Below, piece by piece: positions 23,596 through 34,652 of a DNA stretch of 64,000 nucleotides; position 1 is the stretch's first letter, and the number at the start of each line of letters is the position of its first letter. Both the position numbers and the translations under genes were made by a program. Where the stretch lies: positions 1 through 64,000 of the forward strand of contig MCFH01000099.1 in the NCBI GenBank assembly GCA_002104945.1. The letters are read 5' to 3'. The notes beneath the pieces are model-generated. The model was not told where the DNA came from and made no database searches. It saw only the letters and a list, made by a program, of their open reading frames with translations. This stretch comes from Piromyces finnis finn. Taxonomy: Eukaryota > Fungi > Neocallimastigomycota.

Positions 23596-26500
23596 TCATG
23601 GAACAAAATTATGATCTCCATTGGTTGCGCTGGCCCTCCTGGCCTGTCTTACTGTTTCTTCAGCATTGACGCTCTTGGATGTTGCTTCAAACCTTTTGAA
23701 CATTGACCATTGCTGACCAATAGCAAAAGGCATGATTTTGGTTAGAAGTTCCGCGGTTACCATCAAGAATGGTGTTCCTTCGTTAGTACCAGATTGAATC
23801 TGACGCTTACAAAGTTCTTTCCATTCCCTTGAATTGTAATTAATATTGTTAAAACTTCTTCCCCCAAGAAGGAATTTAAATATTTTACTGCACACACTAG
23901 AATAATCATACACATTAATATTCACCGGATTATTAGAACTATTACTATCATCAACTAAATTACTATCTAAATTAGAATTATTATCATCACTATTGCTATC
24001 ATTACTAATATTATTATTTCTATTATTGTTATTATTACTATTGTTATTATTAATATTATTACTATTACTATTACTGTTATTGCTATCTCTGCTGATATTA
24101 ACACATTCATTATTATTGATAGGACTATTGGAATTACGTTGACTGAAAAAATTTAATAGATGGACTATAGAATCATAATGTTTAATACGGATATCTCTAA
24201 ATGTTGGACAATCTAATAACCAATGTTTAATACTTTGATCTCCACACTTGCAACATGGACAGTAGTTAGGACAAACTGGATCAACAAATTTAGCAGCTTT
24301 GGCAACTCTAGCATCCAACTTGTATCCGCTTCTTGCTTTCAATAGCCAGTAGAAGCCATAGGCAAACTCTGGGTACTCATAACATAATTTAATAAAATCT
24401 TTAGTTTCAATAAATTTATTATCATCATAATATTGCGCTTTGATTGAATTCCCTTTGAGATCTTTCCAATAAAAGTTTTTAACTGCTTTAACATCTCCAT
24501 GTTTCTTTAGTTTTTTATCAAGTGTCCTACTTGATTTGCACCACGTGTATTTTCTAAATTTAGGAATGTAATTGACAAGGTGTGAGATAATACAATTTGA
24601 GTTTTTCCATTTGTTAAAACATCTAACCTGAGCTAACGCACATTTGGCTGACAATGGAGGAATATTCAAATCTTTTGAGATAGAGTATAAAGATATAAAC
24701 GATACAGCTTTATGAACTCCGGCAACCCATCGTATTCCTTTGTTAACATGCTTCTGAGCAATCCTAGACCTAGCTTTGTTGGATCCAAGTAATGGTGCAA
24801 AGTATGAAACTCTGCTAATCACTTGTGAGTTAAGTACTAGTTTTTTGAAAGGAATAGGAATATTAGGATTTCTTAAGAATTTACTGACTGAGAAAAGTCC
24901 TTTCAAAACCTTGTTATTAAGAACTTTAATTACTGGTTTAAGGGACAAATTCTTATCAAATGGAACACCAAGATAAGTGTAGCAGTCAGTAGTTGGAATG
25001 GGTTGTCCTGCTAAGTAAAATGTTGGATCTCTCTTGTTCTGATTTTCTATTGATTCAGGACGAATCACCATCGTTGAACATTTCTGGATACCAAATTCCA
25101 TTTCATTATACAAGGCCCATTCATTAACTCTTCTAAGCATCTTTTTTAAGCATCCTCTTGTTGGAGCACAAATAACTATATCATCTGCAAAAAGTCCACC
25201 ACAGCATCGAGTGTCACCTAAACTGACTCCGAGATCTTCACACTCTTTAAATATATCATTAATAAAGAGATTAAAAAGAATAGGAGAAAGTGGGCAACCT
25301 TGACGGACTCCTTTCTTCACATCAAAAGATTTCGAGAATTGTCCATCTAATTTGACATTAGCCTTAGATGTTAAATATAAATTTTTGATAAATTGTAAAC
25401 TCTTACCTCGGATTCCTAAACAATCTAATTTATGGAGAATATTACCGATAGGGACTGAATCGTATGCTTTCCTGAGATCTAAAAAGGCCAAATATGTCTC
25501 TTTATTATCTAATTGACGTCTACGGCATATTTCTTGGATTGAAATGAAAAGACTGATACTTTCTTCCTTTTTTCGAAAACCAAATTGTTCAGGTCTAATG
25601 AAATTATTCTTAAGACCATATTCTGAGATTCTAGTGGTGACAATTTTGGAAATCAACTTAATACCATTATTGATAAGTGATATACCTCGATAGTTATCAC
25701 AATCTGTCAAATCTCCCTTCTTAGGAATAGAAACAATACTGGATTCATTCCATGAGTTGGGGAAATCTCCATCCCAAATACGGTTGAATAATTTAAGAAT
25801 AAAATTTAAACCATGAGCATCATTATCTGAAGTAGTATTACCAGAAGAATTATTATCTGTAGCATTATTAGAATCATTACTTGATGGAACTAATGCTTTG
25901 TAAAATTCAATTGGAATACCATCCGGACCTGATGCTTTATAATTTGGAGTAGTGAGGATAGCTGACTTGACTTCATCAATACTAATATCTTGGTTGATAT
26001 CCCACTCATCAAGCATAGGAAGTGAAAAACGTTTATTCGTTGGTTCTTCATACCAATGCTCCAAATCAAGACTTACACCACTTGGGTCTGATGCAAGATT
26101 TTCGAAATGATCATGCCACACATCTAGTTGTTCTTCCGTAGCAACAACTAATTCTCCATTTTTATTTTTAATTGGTTGAGCAATAAAGAAAGAATCTTTT
26201 CCAATTTTTGCAGTTTTCTTGATCCATTTCCAGGCCTTCTTAGGATTATGACTCTTCATATACTCACATCCTGTTTTAATCCAATGAAGATATTCTTGCT
26301 TCCTAAATTCATTACATCTTTTGTGGATGTAATCAATGAGTTTACGGTAGATTTTAATTCTTTTAATAAATTCATCTATATCATAAATTCTTTCTTTTTT
26401 AAATCTCTTATACAACTTCATTTTGATTTTTTGAAGATTAAAAATTTGTTGTGAAATATGAAATGAAGACTTTATAACATTATTTGCTGAAGTAATACTG

Positions 26501-28089
26501 AGCTCGTCTGCAATTGAAAAAGCAGTTGAAGTAAACTCTTTGGAAAGTTCATCTGTAGAAACATTAGGATCGTTGGATTTTGCTGAAAGTATTTGGAATT
26601 TATTATGACTGAGAATAGATTCCTTTTCCTCAATACATTTTAATCTATTCCATTTCAGAATTTTCTTAGGAACATTAAAGTCATTAGAAAAATCTTCCAT
26701 AGGAATAATTTTACCATTAATAAGAAGTGGCTTATGGTCTGATACAGGATAAAAATTATTTATAAATGATCCTGAGTGAATAAGATCTTTCATCTTCGAA
26801 TTGATAAGAGCATGGTCAATGTCGGAAGATTGATCACCTCGAGTCCAAGAGATAGTAGACCCTCTAAGCGGAAGAATTTCCCAATCTCCTAATCCATTAG
26901 TTGATAACCAGTTGGATAATTTTACTTTAGACATATTAAAATCACCAACAAGAATCGATGGATGGGATGAATGAGTTTGTAACCACAAGCGAACTTCTAA
27001 CTTTGCATGATCAACATAGATGTTGTGATGACTATGAGGCATATAAACATTACCAATCGAGCATTTGAATCTATTCCAGAGACTAAAAGTATAAATAGAA
27101 ATAATATACTTTCCAGAGAAGTTTTCAAGTGAGGCTTGACATGAATTGTGAAAACCTAAATATAAACCTCTCATTCCCGGAACTGATTCGTCAGCTTTCT
27201 TGAAAAAGTGTCTATAGTTTCGCAAAGTAACACGACAAGGATAATCTGTATTCGATCCAGAACCATTACCAGTTTCTTGGAAACATAAAAATAATGGTTT
27301 GAAAATAGCTGTGAAATAGCTAATACTATCTCTCTTTTCGTGATTCCACCCATTGGTGTTCCAACTAAGACAAAAAGAAAAGTTATCAATCTTGTTGGAT
27401 GAGGAAGAATCGTTGCTATTATTATTATTATTAAAGTCATCGTTATTAATGGATGATGCATCAGAGGAATAAGTAGAACTATTACTAGATGGCTGTGAAA
27501 CTGAAGAACTATCAACTATTGAACTGTTATCAGAGTTGATAGAGCTATTAGAATTAATTGTTGAATGTTGAGATTGAAATTGTGTTTGCTGTAGATCTGG
27601 AATATTTTCATGATTGGAAACTTGTTGAAGATCTTGTTGAAGATCTAGTTGAAGATCGGATTGTTGATGAGATTGTTGAACTGATTGTTGAAATGATTGT
27701 TGAATAGAATGTTGATGTTTATTAGAAACTAAAATTTTACGTTTGAGAGTGGAAAAAGTGTATTTGTGATTCCTTCTACTACGAGCTGAAAAGGAAATTG
27801 AGGTAACTGAAAGTTTCTTCTTTAACATGTGTAAGATTTTAATACAATCTTTTGATGAACCATGAACCTTGACTAAGAAAAAGTGATCATTGAAAGTTTG
27901 AAAATATTTAACACTAATAACTGAATTAAATTTATCTTCTAGAATAACCTCGAGTTTTTCCCATAGCATATTTACTGACCATGATCGAATACCACGGATA
28001 AAGAAGGAGCGAATATCATCTAAGGGGATACCATAAGACCGGGTACCACGTCTGATATAATTCTTATCTTTAATATAAAGGACTGACAT
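23596..28089 (-). CDS. LINE polyprotein, 1497 aa (APE-RT-CCHC), intact
   Basis: Near-identical to 16924-21462, with all motifs intact. Confidence 0.96.
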   Translation of the reverse strand: MSVLYIKDKNYIRRGTRSYGIPLDDIRSFFIRGIRSWSVNMLWEKLEVILEDKFNSVISVKYFQTFNDHFFLVKVHGSSKDCIKILHMLKKKLSVTSISFSARSRRNHKYTFSTLKRKILVSNKHQHSIQQSFQQSVQQSHQQSDLQLDLQQDLQQVSNHENIPDLQQTQFQSQHSTINSNSSINSDNSSIVDSSSVSQPSSNSSTYSSDASSINNDDFNNNNNSNDSSSSNKIDNFSFCLSWNTNGWNHEKRDSISYFTAIFKPLFLCFQETGNGSGSNTDYPCRVTLRNYRHFFKKADESVPGMRGLYLGFHNSCQASLENFSGKYIISIYTFSLWNRFKCSIGNVYMPHSHHNIYVDHAKLEVRLWLQTHSSHPSILVGDFNMSKVKLSNWLSTNGLGDWEILPLRGSTISWTRGDQSSDIDHALINSKMKDLIHSGSFINNFYPVSDHKPLLINGKIIPMEDFSNDFNVPKKILKWNRLKCIEEKESILSHNKFQILSAKSNDPNVSTDELSKEFTSTAFSIADELSITSANNVIKSSFHISQQIFNLQKIKMKLYKRFKKERIYDIDEFIKRIKIYRKLIDYIHKRCNEFRKQEYLHWIKTGCEYMKSHNPKKAWKWIKKTAKIGKDSFFIAQPIKNKNGELVVATEEQLDVWHDHFENLASDPSGVSLDLEHWYEEPTNKRFSLPMLDEWDINQDISIDEVKSAILTTPNYKASGPDGIPIEFYKALVPSSNDSNNATDNNSSGNTTSDNDAHGLNFILKLFNRIWDGDFPNSWNESSIVSIPKKGDLTDCDNYRGISLINNGIKLISKIVTTRISEYGLKNNFIRPEQFGFRKKEESISLFISIQEICRRRQLDNKETYLAFLDLRKAYDSVPIGNILHKLDCLGIRGKSLQFIKNLYLTSKANVKLDGQFSKSFDVKKGVRQGCPLSPILFNLFINDIFKECEDLGVSLGDTRCCGGLFADDIVICAPTRGCLKKMLRRVNEWALYNEMEFGIQKCSTMVIRPESIENQNKRDPTFYLAGQPIPTTDCYTYLGVPFDKNLSLKPVIKVLNNKVLKGLFSVSKFLRNPNIPIPFKKLVLNSQVISRVSYFAPLLGSNKARSRIAQKHVNKGIRWVAGVHKAVSFISLYSISKDLNIPPLSAKCALAQVRCFNKWKNSNCIISHLVNYIPKFRKYTWCKSSRTLDKKLKKHGDVKAVKNFYWKDLKGNSIKAQYYDDNKFIETKDFIKLCYEYPEFAYGFYWLLKARSGYKLDARVAKAAKFVDPVCPNYCPCCKCGDQSIKHWLLDCPTFRDIRIKHYDSIVHLLNFFSQRNSNSPINNNECVNISRDSNNSNSNSNNINNNNSNNNNNRNNNISNDSNSDDNNSNLDSNLVDDSNSSNNPVNINVYDYSSVCSKIFKFLLGGRSFNNINYNSREWKELCKRQIQSGTNEGTPFLMVTAELLTKIMPFAIGQQWSMFKRFEATSKSVNAEETVRQARRASATNGDHNFVP

Positions 28090-28735
28090 GATAATAAATT
28101 CTAATTAAAAAATATTGAATATAAAATAAATACTAATAAAAATTACAAATATAACGTATATGGAAAAAAATCTGTCTCTCTCTCTCTTCTTAAAAGTACT
28201 GGATAGTACAAAAATTGTTACGATGCTTTGTTTAAAGTTTCTTATTTTTTGAATTCTAGTTGTAAATTTTCTTTAAAAATTCTAGTTTTGGTTTGTTGTT
28301 AGTAAATTCGAATCGCTTTTTGACACTAAACTTGTTTGACTTTACTTTTCATTAAATATTTAAATTGGTAAAAAATTTGAATCAAGAATGTCGACACCAG
28401 AAAGCTTGTGAATAGTATTTTTACATGATGTAGAGTGAATCAGTCTCTTACAAGAAACAATACAACAATAGCTACATGAATATAAAAGTACAATGCAAAT
28501 GCTAAAGTTGACTACATTGGATTCTTACAAGAGAAGAGTAGTACTACATGAATACATGAGTAAAAGAAAAAATACAGCAACAAAATGTATTACTCTTCTA
28601 ATTAAATACTATACAAACTTACCTGAAAAATCAAACATTCACTTATTCATCAAATACTTAAATTTGATGAATAAAATGTTTTTTAATCGCTCAGTACCAT
28701 GAGCTTAGTCCTAATAATTTTCCCTTGAAGACTAA

Positions 28736-28925
28736 CCAAGCATCCATTGCGCAATGCTTGGATTTAATTCTTTCTACTCTCTCAGTACCATGAGCATGAG
28801 TAGACCCCTTGAGAAATTACATTTATTAAATAAATGAAGGCACATTCCTAAGAGGGCACCAAGCATCCATTGCGCAATACTTGGATTTAATTCTTTCTAC
28901 TCTCTCAGTACCATGAGCATGAGTA
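28736..28925 (-). repeat. 5' tandem monomers of copy 2 (123-bp period; the outer monomer is interrupted by copy 3)
   Basis: ccaagcatccattgcgcaat(g/a)cttgg... starts at 28736 and again at 28859. Confidence 0.9.
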
Positions 28926-31900
28926 TTTTTTTTTTTTTTTTTTTTAACGGCATCAAATATTTTAAACTTTATTATTAATTTAATTAAAATTATAATACAT
29001 GTAATATAAAAAGTTAAAAATAAAATAAAATAAAAAAAAAAACATGTTTAAATAAACACAAATGAATAAAAAATGGGTATAATGTATTCTAGTAATTTTA
29101 ATTAAAGTAAGAAAGCCACTATTATACTAAGGTATAATAATTGTATTTGACTTCCAATGGGACACCGAGTCAAAGATCAAAATTTTATCATGGGAAAAAT
29201 TATGATCTCCATTGGTTGCGCTGGCCCTCCTGGCCTGTCTTACTGTTTCTTCAGCATCGACGCTCTTGGATGTTGCTTCAAACCTTTGGAACATTGACCA
29301 TTGCTGGCCAATAGCAAAAGGCATGATTTTGGTTAGAAGTTCCGCGGTTACCGTCAAGAATGGTGTTACTTCATTAGTACCAGATTGAATCTGACACTTG
29401 CAAAGTTCTTTCCATTCCCTTGAATCGTAATTGATATTGTTAAAACTTCTTCCCCCAAGAAGGAATTTAAATATTTTACTGCACACACTAGAATAATCAT
29501 ACACATTAATATTCACCGGATTATTAGAACTATTACTATCATTAACTAAATTACTATCTAGATTAGAATTATTATCATCACTATTGCTATCATTACTAAT
29601 ATTATTATTTCTATTATTGTTATTATTACTATTGTTACTATTACTATTGTTATTACTACTATTGTTACTATTACTATTAATGTTATTACTATCTCTACTG
29701 ATATTAACATTTTCATTATTATTGATAGGACTATTGGAATTACGTTGACTGAAAAAATTTAATAGCTGGACTATGGAATCATAATGTTTAATACGGATAT
29801 CTCTAAATGTTGGACAATCTAATAACCAATGTTTAATACTTTGATCTCCACACTTGCAACATGGACAGTAGTTAGGACAAACTGGATCAACAAATTTAGC
29901 AGATTTGGCAACTCTAGCATCCAACTTGTATCCGCTTCTTGCTTTCAATAGCCAGTAGAAGCCATAGGCAAACTCTGGGTACTCATAACATAATTTAATA
30001 AAATCTTTAGTTTCAATAAATTTATTATCATCATAATATTGCGCTTTGATTGAATTCCCTTTGAGATCTTTCCAATAAAAGTTTTTAACTGCTTTAACAT
30101 CTCCATGTTTCTTTAATTTTTTATCAAGTGTCCTACTTGATTTGCACCACGTGTATTTTCTAAATTTAGGAATGTAATTGACAAGGTGTGAGATAATACA
30201 ATTTGAGTTTTTCCATTTGTTAAAACATCTAACCTGAGCTAACGCACATTTGGCTGACAATGGAGGAATATTCAAATCTTTTGAAATAGAGTATAAAGAT
30301 ATAAACGATACAGCTTTATGAACTCCGGCAACCCATCGTATTCCTTTGTTAACATGCTTCTGAGCAATCCTAGACCTAGCTTTGTTGGATCCAAGTAATG
30401 GTGCAAAGTATGAAACTCTACTAATCACTTGTGAGTTAAGTACTAGTTTTTTGAAAGGAATAGGAATATTAGGATTTCTTAAGAATTTACTGACTGAGAA
30501 AAGTCCTTTCAAAACCTTGTTATTAAGAGCTTTAATTACTGGTTTAAGGGACAGATTCTTATCAAATGGAACACCAAGATAAGTATAGCAATCAGTAGTT
30601 GGAATGGGTTGTCCTGCTAAGTAAAATGTTGGATCTCTCTTGTTCTGATTTTCTATTGATTCAGGACGAATCACCATCGTTGAACATTTCTGGATACCAA
30701 ATTCCATTTCATTATACAATGCCCATTCATTAACTCTTCTAAGCATCTTTTTTAAGCATCCTCTTGTTGGAGCACAAATAACTATATCATCTGCAAAAAG
30801 TCCACCACAGCATCGAGTGTCACCTAAACTGACTCCTAGATCTTCGCACTCTCTAAATATATCATTAATAAAGAGATTAAAGAGAATAGGAGAAAGAGGG
30901 CATCCTTGACGGACTCCTTTCTTCACATCAAAAGATTTCGAGAATTGTCCATCTAATTTGACATTAGCCTTAGATGTTAAATATAAATTTTTGATAAATT
31001 GTAGACTCTTACCTCGGATTCCTAAACAATCTAATTTATGGAGAATATTACCGATTGGGACTGAATCGTATGCTTTCCTGAGATCTAAAAAGGCCAAATA
31101 TGTCTCTTTATTATCTAATTGACGTCTACGGCATATTTCTTGGATTGAAATGAAAAGACTAATACTTTCTTCCTTTTTTCGAAAACCAAATTGTTCAGGT
31201 CTAATGAAATTATTCTTTAAACCATATTCTGAGATTCTAGTGGTGACAATTTTGGAAATCAACTTAATGCCATTATTGATAAGTGATATACCTCGATAGT
31301 TATCACAATCTGTCAAATCTCCCTTCTTAGGAATAGAAACAATACTGGATTCATTCCATGAGTTGGGGAAATCTCCATCCCAAATACGGTTGAATAATTT
31401 AAGAATAAAATTTAAACCATGAGCATCATTATCTGAAGTAGTATTACCAGAAGAATTATTATCTGTAGCATTATTAGAATCATTACTTGATGGAACTAAT
31501 GCTTTGTAAAATTCAATTGGAATACCATCCGGACCTGATGCTTTATAATTTGGAGTAGTGAGGATAGCTGACTTGACTTCATCAATACTAATATCTTGGT
31601 TGATATCCCACTCATCAAGCATAGGAAGTGAAAAACGTTTATTCGTTGGTTCTTCATACCAATGCTCCAAATCAAGACTTACACCACTTGGGTCTGATGC
31701 AAGATTTTCGAAATGATCATGCCACACATCTAGTTGTTCTTCCGTAGCAACAACTAATTCTCCATTTTTATTTTTAATTGGTTGAGCAATAAAGAAAGAA
31801 TCTTTTCCAATTTTTGCAGTTTTCTTGATCCATTTCCAGGCCTTCTTAGGATTATGACTCTTCATATACTCACATCCTGTTTTAATCCAATGAAGATATT

Positions 31901-34584
31901 CTTGCTTCCTAAATTCATTACATCTTTTGTGGATGTAATCAATGAGTTTACGGTAGATTTTAATTCTTTTAATAAATTCATCTATATCATAAATTCTTTC
32001 TTTTTTAAATCTCTTATACAACTTCATTTTGATTTTTTGAAGATTAAAAATTTGTTGTGAAATATGAAATGAAGACTTTATAACATTATTTGCTGAAGTA
32101 ATACTGAGCTCGTCTGCAATTGAAAAAGCAGTTGAAGTAAACTCTTTGGAAAGTTCATCTGTAGAAACATTAGGATCGTTGGATTTTGCTGAAAGTATTT
32201 GGAATTTATTATGACTGAGAATAGATTCCTTTTCCTCAATACATTTTAATCTATTCCATTTCAGAATTTTCTTAGGAACATTAAAGTCATTAGAAAAATC
32301 TTCCATAGGAATAATTTTACCATTAATAAGAAGTGGCTTATGGTCTGATACAGGATAAAAATTATTTATAAATGATCCTGAGTGAATAAGATCTTTCATC
32401 TTCGAATTGATAAGAGCATGGTCAATGTCGGAAGATTGATCACCTCGAGTCCAAGAGATAGTAGACCCTCTAAGCGGAAGAATCTCCCAATCTCCTAATC
32501 TATTAGTTGATAACCAGTTGGATAATTTTACTTTAGACATATTAAAATCACCAACAAGAATCGATGGATGGGATGAATGAGTTTGTAACCACAAGCGAAC
32601 TTCTAACTTTGCATGATCAACATAGATGTTGTGATGACTATGAGGCATATAAACATTACCAATCGAGCATTTGAATCTATTCCAGAGACTAAAAGTATAA
32701 ATAGAAATAATATACTTTCCAGAGAAGTTTTCAAGTGAGGCTTGACATGAATTGTGAAAACCTAAATATAAACCTCTCATTCCCGGAACTGATTCGTCAG
32801 CTTTCTTGAAAAAGTGTCTATAGTTTCGCAAAGTAACACGACAAGGATAATCTGTATTCGATCCAGAACCATTACCAGTTTCTTGGAAACATAAAAATAA
32901 TGGTTTGAAAATAGCTGTGAAATAGCTAATACTATCTCTCTTTTCGTGATTCCACCCATTGGTGTTCCAACTAAGACAAAAAGAAAAGTTATCAGGCTTG
33001 TTGGATGAGGAAGAATCGTTGCTATTATTATTATTATTAAAGTCATCGTTATTAATGGATGATGCATCAGAGGAATAAGTAGAACTATTACTAGATGGCT
33101 GTGAAACTGAAGAACTATCAACTATTGAACTGTTATCAGAGTTGATAGAGCTATTAGAATTAATTGTTGAATGTTGAGATTGAAATTGTGTTTGCTGTAG
33201 ATCTGGAATATTTTCATGATTGGAAACTTGTTGAAGATCTTGTTGAAGATCTAGTTGAAGATCGGATTGTTGATGAGATTGTTGAACTGATTGTTGAAAT
33301 GATTGTTGAATAGAATGTTGATGTTTATTAGAAACTAAAATTTTACGTTTGAGAGTGGAAAAAGTGTATTTGTGATTCCTTCTACTACGAGCTGAAAAGG
33401 AAATTGAGGTAACTGAAAGTTTCTTCTTTAACATGTGTAAGATTTTAATACAATCTTTCGATGAACCATGAACCTTGACTAAGAAAAAGTGATCATTGAA
33501 AGTCTGAAAATATTTAACACTAATAACTGAATTAAATTTATCTTCTAGAATAACCTCGAGTTTTTCCCATAGCATATTTACCGACCATGATCGAATACCA
33601 CGGATAAAGAAGGAGCGAATATCATCTAAGGGGATACCATAAGACCGGGTACCACGTCTGATATAATTCTTGTCTTTAATATAAAGGACTGACATGATAA
33701 TAAATTCTAATTAAAAATATTGAATATAAAATAAATACTAATAAAAATTATAAATATAACGTATATGGAAAAAAAAATCTGTCTCTCTCTCTCTTCTTAA
33801 AAGTACTGGATAGTACAAAAATTGTTACGATGCTTTGTTAAAAGTTTCTTTTTTTGAATTCTAGTTGTAAATTTTCTTTAAAAATTCTAGTTTTGGTTTG
33901 TTGTTAGTAAATTCGAATCGCTTTTTGACACTAAACTTGTTTGACTTTACTTTTCATTAAATATTTAAATTGGTAAAAAATTTGAATCAAGAATGTCGAC
34001 ACCAGAAAGCTTGTGAATAGTATTTTTACATGATGTAGAGTGAATCAGTCTCTTACAAGAAACAATACAACAATAGCTACATGAATATAAAAATACAATG
34101 CAAATGCTAAAGTTGACTACATTGGATTCTTACAAGAGAAGAGTAGTACTACATGAATACATGAATAAAAGAAAAAATACAGCAACAAAATGTATTACTC
34201 TTCTAATTAAATACTATACAAACTTACCTGAATATCAAACATTCAACTTATTCAACAAATACTCAATTCGATGAATAAAATGTTTTTTAATCGCTCAGTA
34301 CCATGAGCTTAGTCCTAATAATTTTCCCTTAAAGACTAACCAAGCATCCATTGCGCAATGCTTGGATTTAATTCTTTCTACTCTCTCAGTACCATGAGCA
34401 TGAGTAGACCCCCTTGATAAACTCCATTATTAAATAAATGAAGGCACGTTCCTAAGAGGGCACCAAGCATCCATTGCGCAATACTTGGATTTAATTCTTT
34501 CTACTCTCTCAGTACCATGAGCATGAGTAGACCCCCTTGAGAAACTACATTTATTAAATAAATGAAGGCACGTTCCCAAGAGGG
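28926..34584 (-). mobile_element. LINE copy 3: full length, inserted into the outer 5' monomer of copy 2
   Basis: Flanked by the 13-bp TSD atgagcatgagta (28913-28925 and 34585-34597). Its 5' terminus reads CCCTCTTGGGAAC on the minus strand. Confidence 0.95.
29127..33695 (-). CDS. LINE polyprotein, 1522 aa (APE-RT-CCHC); last residues frameshifted relative to copies 1 and 2
   Basis: Near-identical to the other two ORFs. The C-terminus is ...HNFSHDKILIF... instead of ...HNFVP. Confidence 0.95.
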   Translation of the reverse strand: MSVLYIKDKNYIRRGTRSYGIPLDDIRSFFIRGIRSWSVNMLWEKLEVILEDKFNSVISVKYFQTFNDHFFLVKVHGSSKDCIKILHMLKKKLSVTSISFSARSRRNHKYTFSTLKRKILVSNKHQHSIQQSFQQSVQQSHQQSDLQLDLQQDLQQVSNHENIPDLQQTQFQSQHSTINSNSSINSDNSSIVDSSSVSQPSSNSSTYSSDASSINNDDFNNNNNSNDSSSSNKPDNFSFCLSWNTNGWNHEKRDSISYFTAIFKPLFLCFQETGNGSGSNTDYPCRVTLRNYRHFFKKADESVPGMRGLYLGFHNSCQASLENFSGKYIISIYTFSLWNRFKCSIGNVYMPHSHHNIYVDHAKLEVRLWLQTHSSHPSILVGDFNMSKVKLSNWLSTNRLGDWEILPLRGSTISWTRGDQSSDIDHALINSKMKDLIHSGSFINNFYPVSDHKPLLINGKIIPMEDFSNDFNVPKKILKWNRLKCIEEKESILSHNKFQILSAKSNDPNVSTDELSKEFTSTAFSIADELSITSANNVIKSSFHISQQIFNLQKIKMKLYKRFKKERIYDIDEFIKRIKIYRKLIDYIHKRCNEFRKQEYLHWIKTGCEYMKSHNPKKAWKWIKKTAKIGKDSFFIAQPIKNKNGELVVATEEQLDVWHDHFENLASDPSGVSLDLEHWYEEPTNKRFSLPMLDEWDINQDISIDEVKSAILTTPNYKASGPDGIPIEFYKALVPSSNDSNNATDNNSSGNTTSDNDAHGLNFILKLFNRIWDGDFPNSWNESSIVSIPKKGDLTDCDNYRGISLINNGIKLISKIVTTRISEYGLKNNFIRPEQFGFRKKEESISLFISIQEICRRRQLDNKETYLAFLDLRKAYDSVPIGNILHKLDCLGIRGKSLQFIKNLYLTSKANVKLDGQFSKSFDVKKGVRQGCPLSPILFNLFINDIFRECEDLGVSLGDTRCCGGLFADDIVICAPTRGCLKKMLRRVNEWALYNEMEFGIQKCSTMVIRPESIENQNKRDPTFYLAGQPIPTTDCYTYLGVPFDKNLSLKPVIKALNNKVLKGLFSVSKFLRNPNIPIPFKKLVLNSQVISRVSYFAPLLGSNKARSRIAQKHVNKGIRWVAGVHKAVSFISLYSISKDLNIPPLSAKCALAQVRCFNKWKNSNCIISHLVNYIPKFRKYTWCKSSRTLDKKLKKHGDVKAVKNFYWKDLKGNSIKAQYYDDNKFIETKDFIKLCYEYPEFAYGFYWLLKARSGYKLDARVAKSAKFVDPVCPNYCPCCKCGDQSIKHWLLDCPTFRDIRIKHYDSIVQLLNFFSQRNSNSPINNNENVNISRDSNNINSNSNNSSNNNSNSNNSNNNNNRNNNISNDSNSDDNNSNLDSNLVNDSNSSNNPVNINVYDYSSVCSKIFKFLLGGRSFNNINYDSREWKELCKCQIQSGTNEVTPFLTVTAELLTKIMPFAIGQQWSMFQRFEATSKSVDAEETVRQARRASATNGDHNFSHDKILIFDSVSHWKSNTIIIP

Positions 34585-34652
34585 ATGAGCATGAGTAGAC
34601 CCCCTTGAGAAACTACATTTATTAAATAAATGAAGGCACGTTCCCAAGAGGG
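34340..34652 (-). repeat. 5' tandem monomers: two complete units of copy 3 (34340-34462 and 34463-34584) plus the displaced end of the copy 2 monomer (34585-34652)
   Basis: Unit ccaagcatccattgcgcaatgcttggatttaattctttctactctctcagtaccatgagcatgagtagacccccttgagaaactacatttattaaataaatgaaggcacgttcccaagaggg(ca). Confidence 0.92.

Larger units (their letters stand above)
23325..28925 (-). mobile_element. LINE copy 2: full length; its outermost 5' ~68 nt are displaced to 34585-34652 by insertion of copy 3
   Basis: Flanked by the 13-bp TSD agtaccagattga (23312-23324 and 34654-34666). Confidence 0.95.

Noticed and set aside
29127-29200. Novel C-terminal extension in the copy 3 ORF
   Set aside because: Caused by a small indel next to short homopolymers just before the normal stop. 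It is probably a private mutation or a sequencing error.
34463-34584. Hammerhead or HDV-like ribozyme in the monomer (CTGAGAGAGTAGAAA; GGGGGTC)
   Set aside because: The core deviates from CUGAnGA...GAAA with no stem II, and no P1.1/P3/J4-2 pattern could be fitted for an HDV-like fold. Not called as a known ribozyme.
28736-34652. Monomer repeats as a CRISPR array
   Set aside because: The units are contiguous 123-bp tandem repeats with no unique spacers, they form part of a LINE 5' end, and there are no cas genes in this eukaryotic context.
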